Assembly (NCBI GenBank): GCA_002269645.1
Contig: NIVC01000291.1
Location: forward strand, 496,001-560,000
Direction of reading: 5' to 3'
Source: Macrostomum lignano
Lineage: Eukaryota
Length of the DNA stretch: 64,000 bases
This document shows positions 63,001-64,000 of the stretch, in pieces (the first letter of the stretch is position 1; each line of letters starts with the position of its first letter). The notes beneath the pieces are model-generated. The model was not told the DNA's origin, ran no database searches, and was given only the letters and a program-made list of their open reading frames with translations. Both the position numbers and the translations under genes were made by a program.

Positions 63001-63249
63001 TCGGCTCCGGCCGCTGAGCTGCGCGATCTGGCAGACCGAGCCGGCCAGGCCATGCAGCTGTGCTCCGCGTACGCTGACTCGCTGAAGGCAGCCGGCAGCA
63101 AGTTCCGCATCAGGGATCACGTGACCGCGATCGGGCTCAAGCTCGGCCCCCTGCAGCGCGGCGGCAGCGGCTCGGCCTCCAGTTTGACCAGCCAGCTGGA
63201 CAGCCTGCGTGGAGCCATCGGGGAGCTGTACAGTCTGTTGCACAGGTGA
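60100..63249 (+). CDS. ABL: second copy of Abl 3' exons, including the C-terminal F-actin-binding domain and stop
   Basis: Near-identical to 56187-59080 at an offset of ~3913 bp, with different 1-nt indels. It continues to ...LCSAYADSL...KFRIRDHV...ELYSLLHR*, which resembles the Abl F-actin-binding domain. Confidence 0.85.
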
Positions 63250-63341
63250 CCCCGCCCGATCCATGGACCTCTGTGTTGCCTGGATTGGAAGCTATTTGGA
63301 GAATTTGCGCTTTGCTTGGGTTTCGATTGTTCATCAAGGGA

Positions 63342-64000
63342 AAGCAAGTGGCAGGGCCCGGGTGTGCAGTAGGGCAAGCAAGTGGCAGGGCCCGGGTGTG
63401 CAGTAGGGCAAGCAAGTGGCAGGGCCCGGGTGTGCAGTAGGGCAAGCAAGTGGCTGGGCCCGGGTGTGCAGTAGGGCAAGCAAGTGGCAGGGCCCGGGTG
63501 TGCAGTAGGGCAAGCAAGTGGCAGGGCCCGGGTGTGCAGTAGGGCAAGCAAGTGGCAGGGCCCGGGTGTGCAGTAGGGCAAGCAAGTGGCTGGGCCCGGG
63601 TGTGCAGTAGGGCAAGCAAGTGGCAGGGCCCGGGTGTGCAGTAGGGCAAGCAAGTGGCTGGGCCCGGGTGTGCAGTAGGGCAAGCAAGTGGCAGGGCCCG
63701 GGTGTGCAGTAGGGCAAGCAAGTGGCAGGGCCCGGGTGTGCAGTAGGGCAAGCAAGTGGCAGGGCCCGGGTGTGCAGTAGGGCAAGCAAGTGGCAGGGCC
63801 CGGGTGTGCAGTAGGGCAAGCAAGTGGCTGGGCCCGGGTGTGCAGTAGGGCAAGCAAGTGGCAGGGCCCGGGTGTGCAGTAGGGCAAGCAAGTGGCTGGG
63901 CCCGGGTGTGCAGTAGGGCAAGCAAGTGGCAGGGCCCGGGTGTGCAGTAGGGCAAGCAAGTGGCTGGGCCCGGGTGTGCAGTAGGGCAAGCAAGTGGCAG
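63342..64000. repeat. 34-bp minisatellite downstream of the Abl stop
   Basis: GGCAGGGCCCGGGTGTGCAGTAGGGCAAGCAAGT units running to the window end. Confidence 0.97.

Noticed and set aside
63117-63993. 220-290 aa Cys/Pro/His-rich ORFs (also 13191-14219, 22632-23313, 25543-26574, 27067-27728)
   Set aside because: Minisatellite translations open in multiple frames.

Overview
Intron-rich, eukaryotic (animal) genomic DNA. The GC-rich exons and the different tandem-repeat array in almost every intron suggest a macrostomid flatworm such as Macrostomum; this is inference, not a database result. I reconstructed the gene models by hand from splice sites and reading-frame continuity. In order: a BAR+RhoGAP gene (SH3BP1/RICH-like, +); a head-to-head pair of intronless CysPc+C2-like calpains (one intact, one with two compensating frameshifts); and four co-oriented minus-strand genes (major vault protein, threonine dehydratase with an ACT-like domain, a small unassigned secreted prepropeptide, and a universal stress protein). 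Next come a hAT-type non-autonomous transposon (14-bp TIR, 8-bp TSD) filled with a minisatellite, and an Abl tyrosine kinase (+) whose 3' ~3.9 kb is duplicated across an N gap, probably an assembly artefact. Most long ORFs in the supplied track are translations of minisatellites. The most notable signals are intronic arrays whose units are built from splice signals (branch point + AG, or exon end + donor), apparent array-filled introns downstream of stop codons, the orphan prepropeptide, and an antisense mini-intron cassette sitting where a threonine dehydratase exon is missing.
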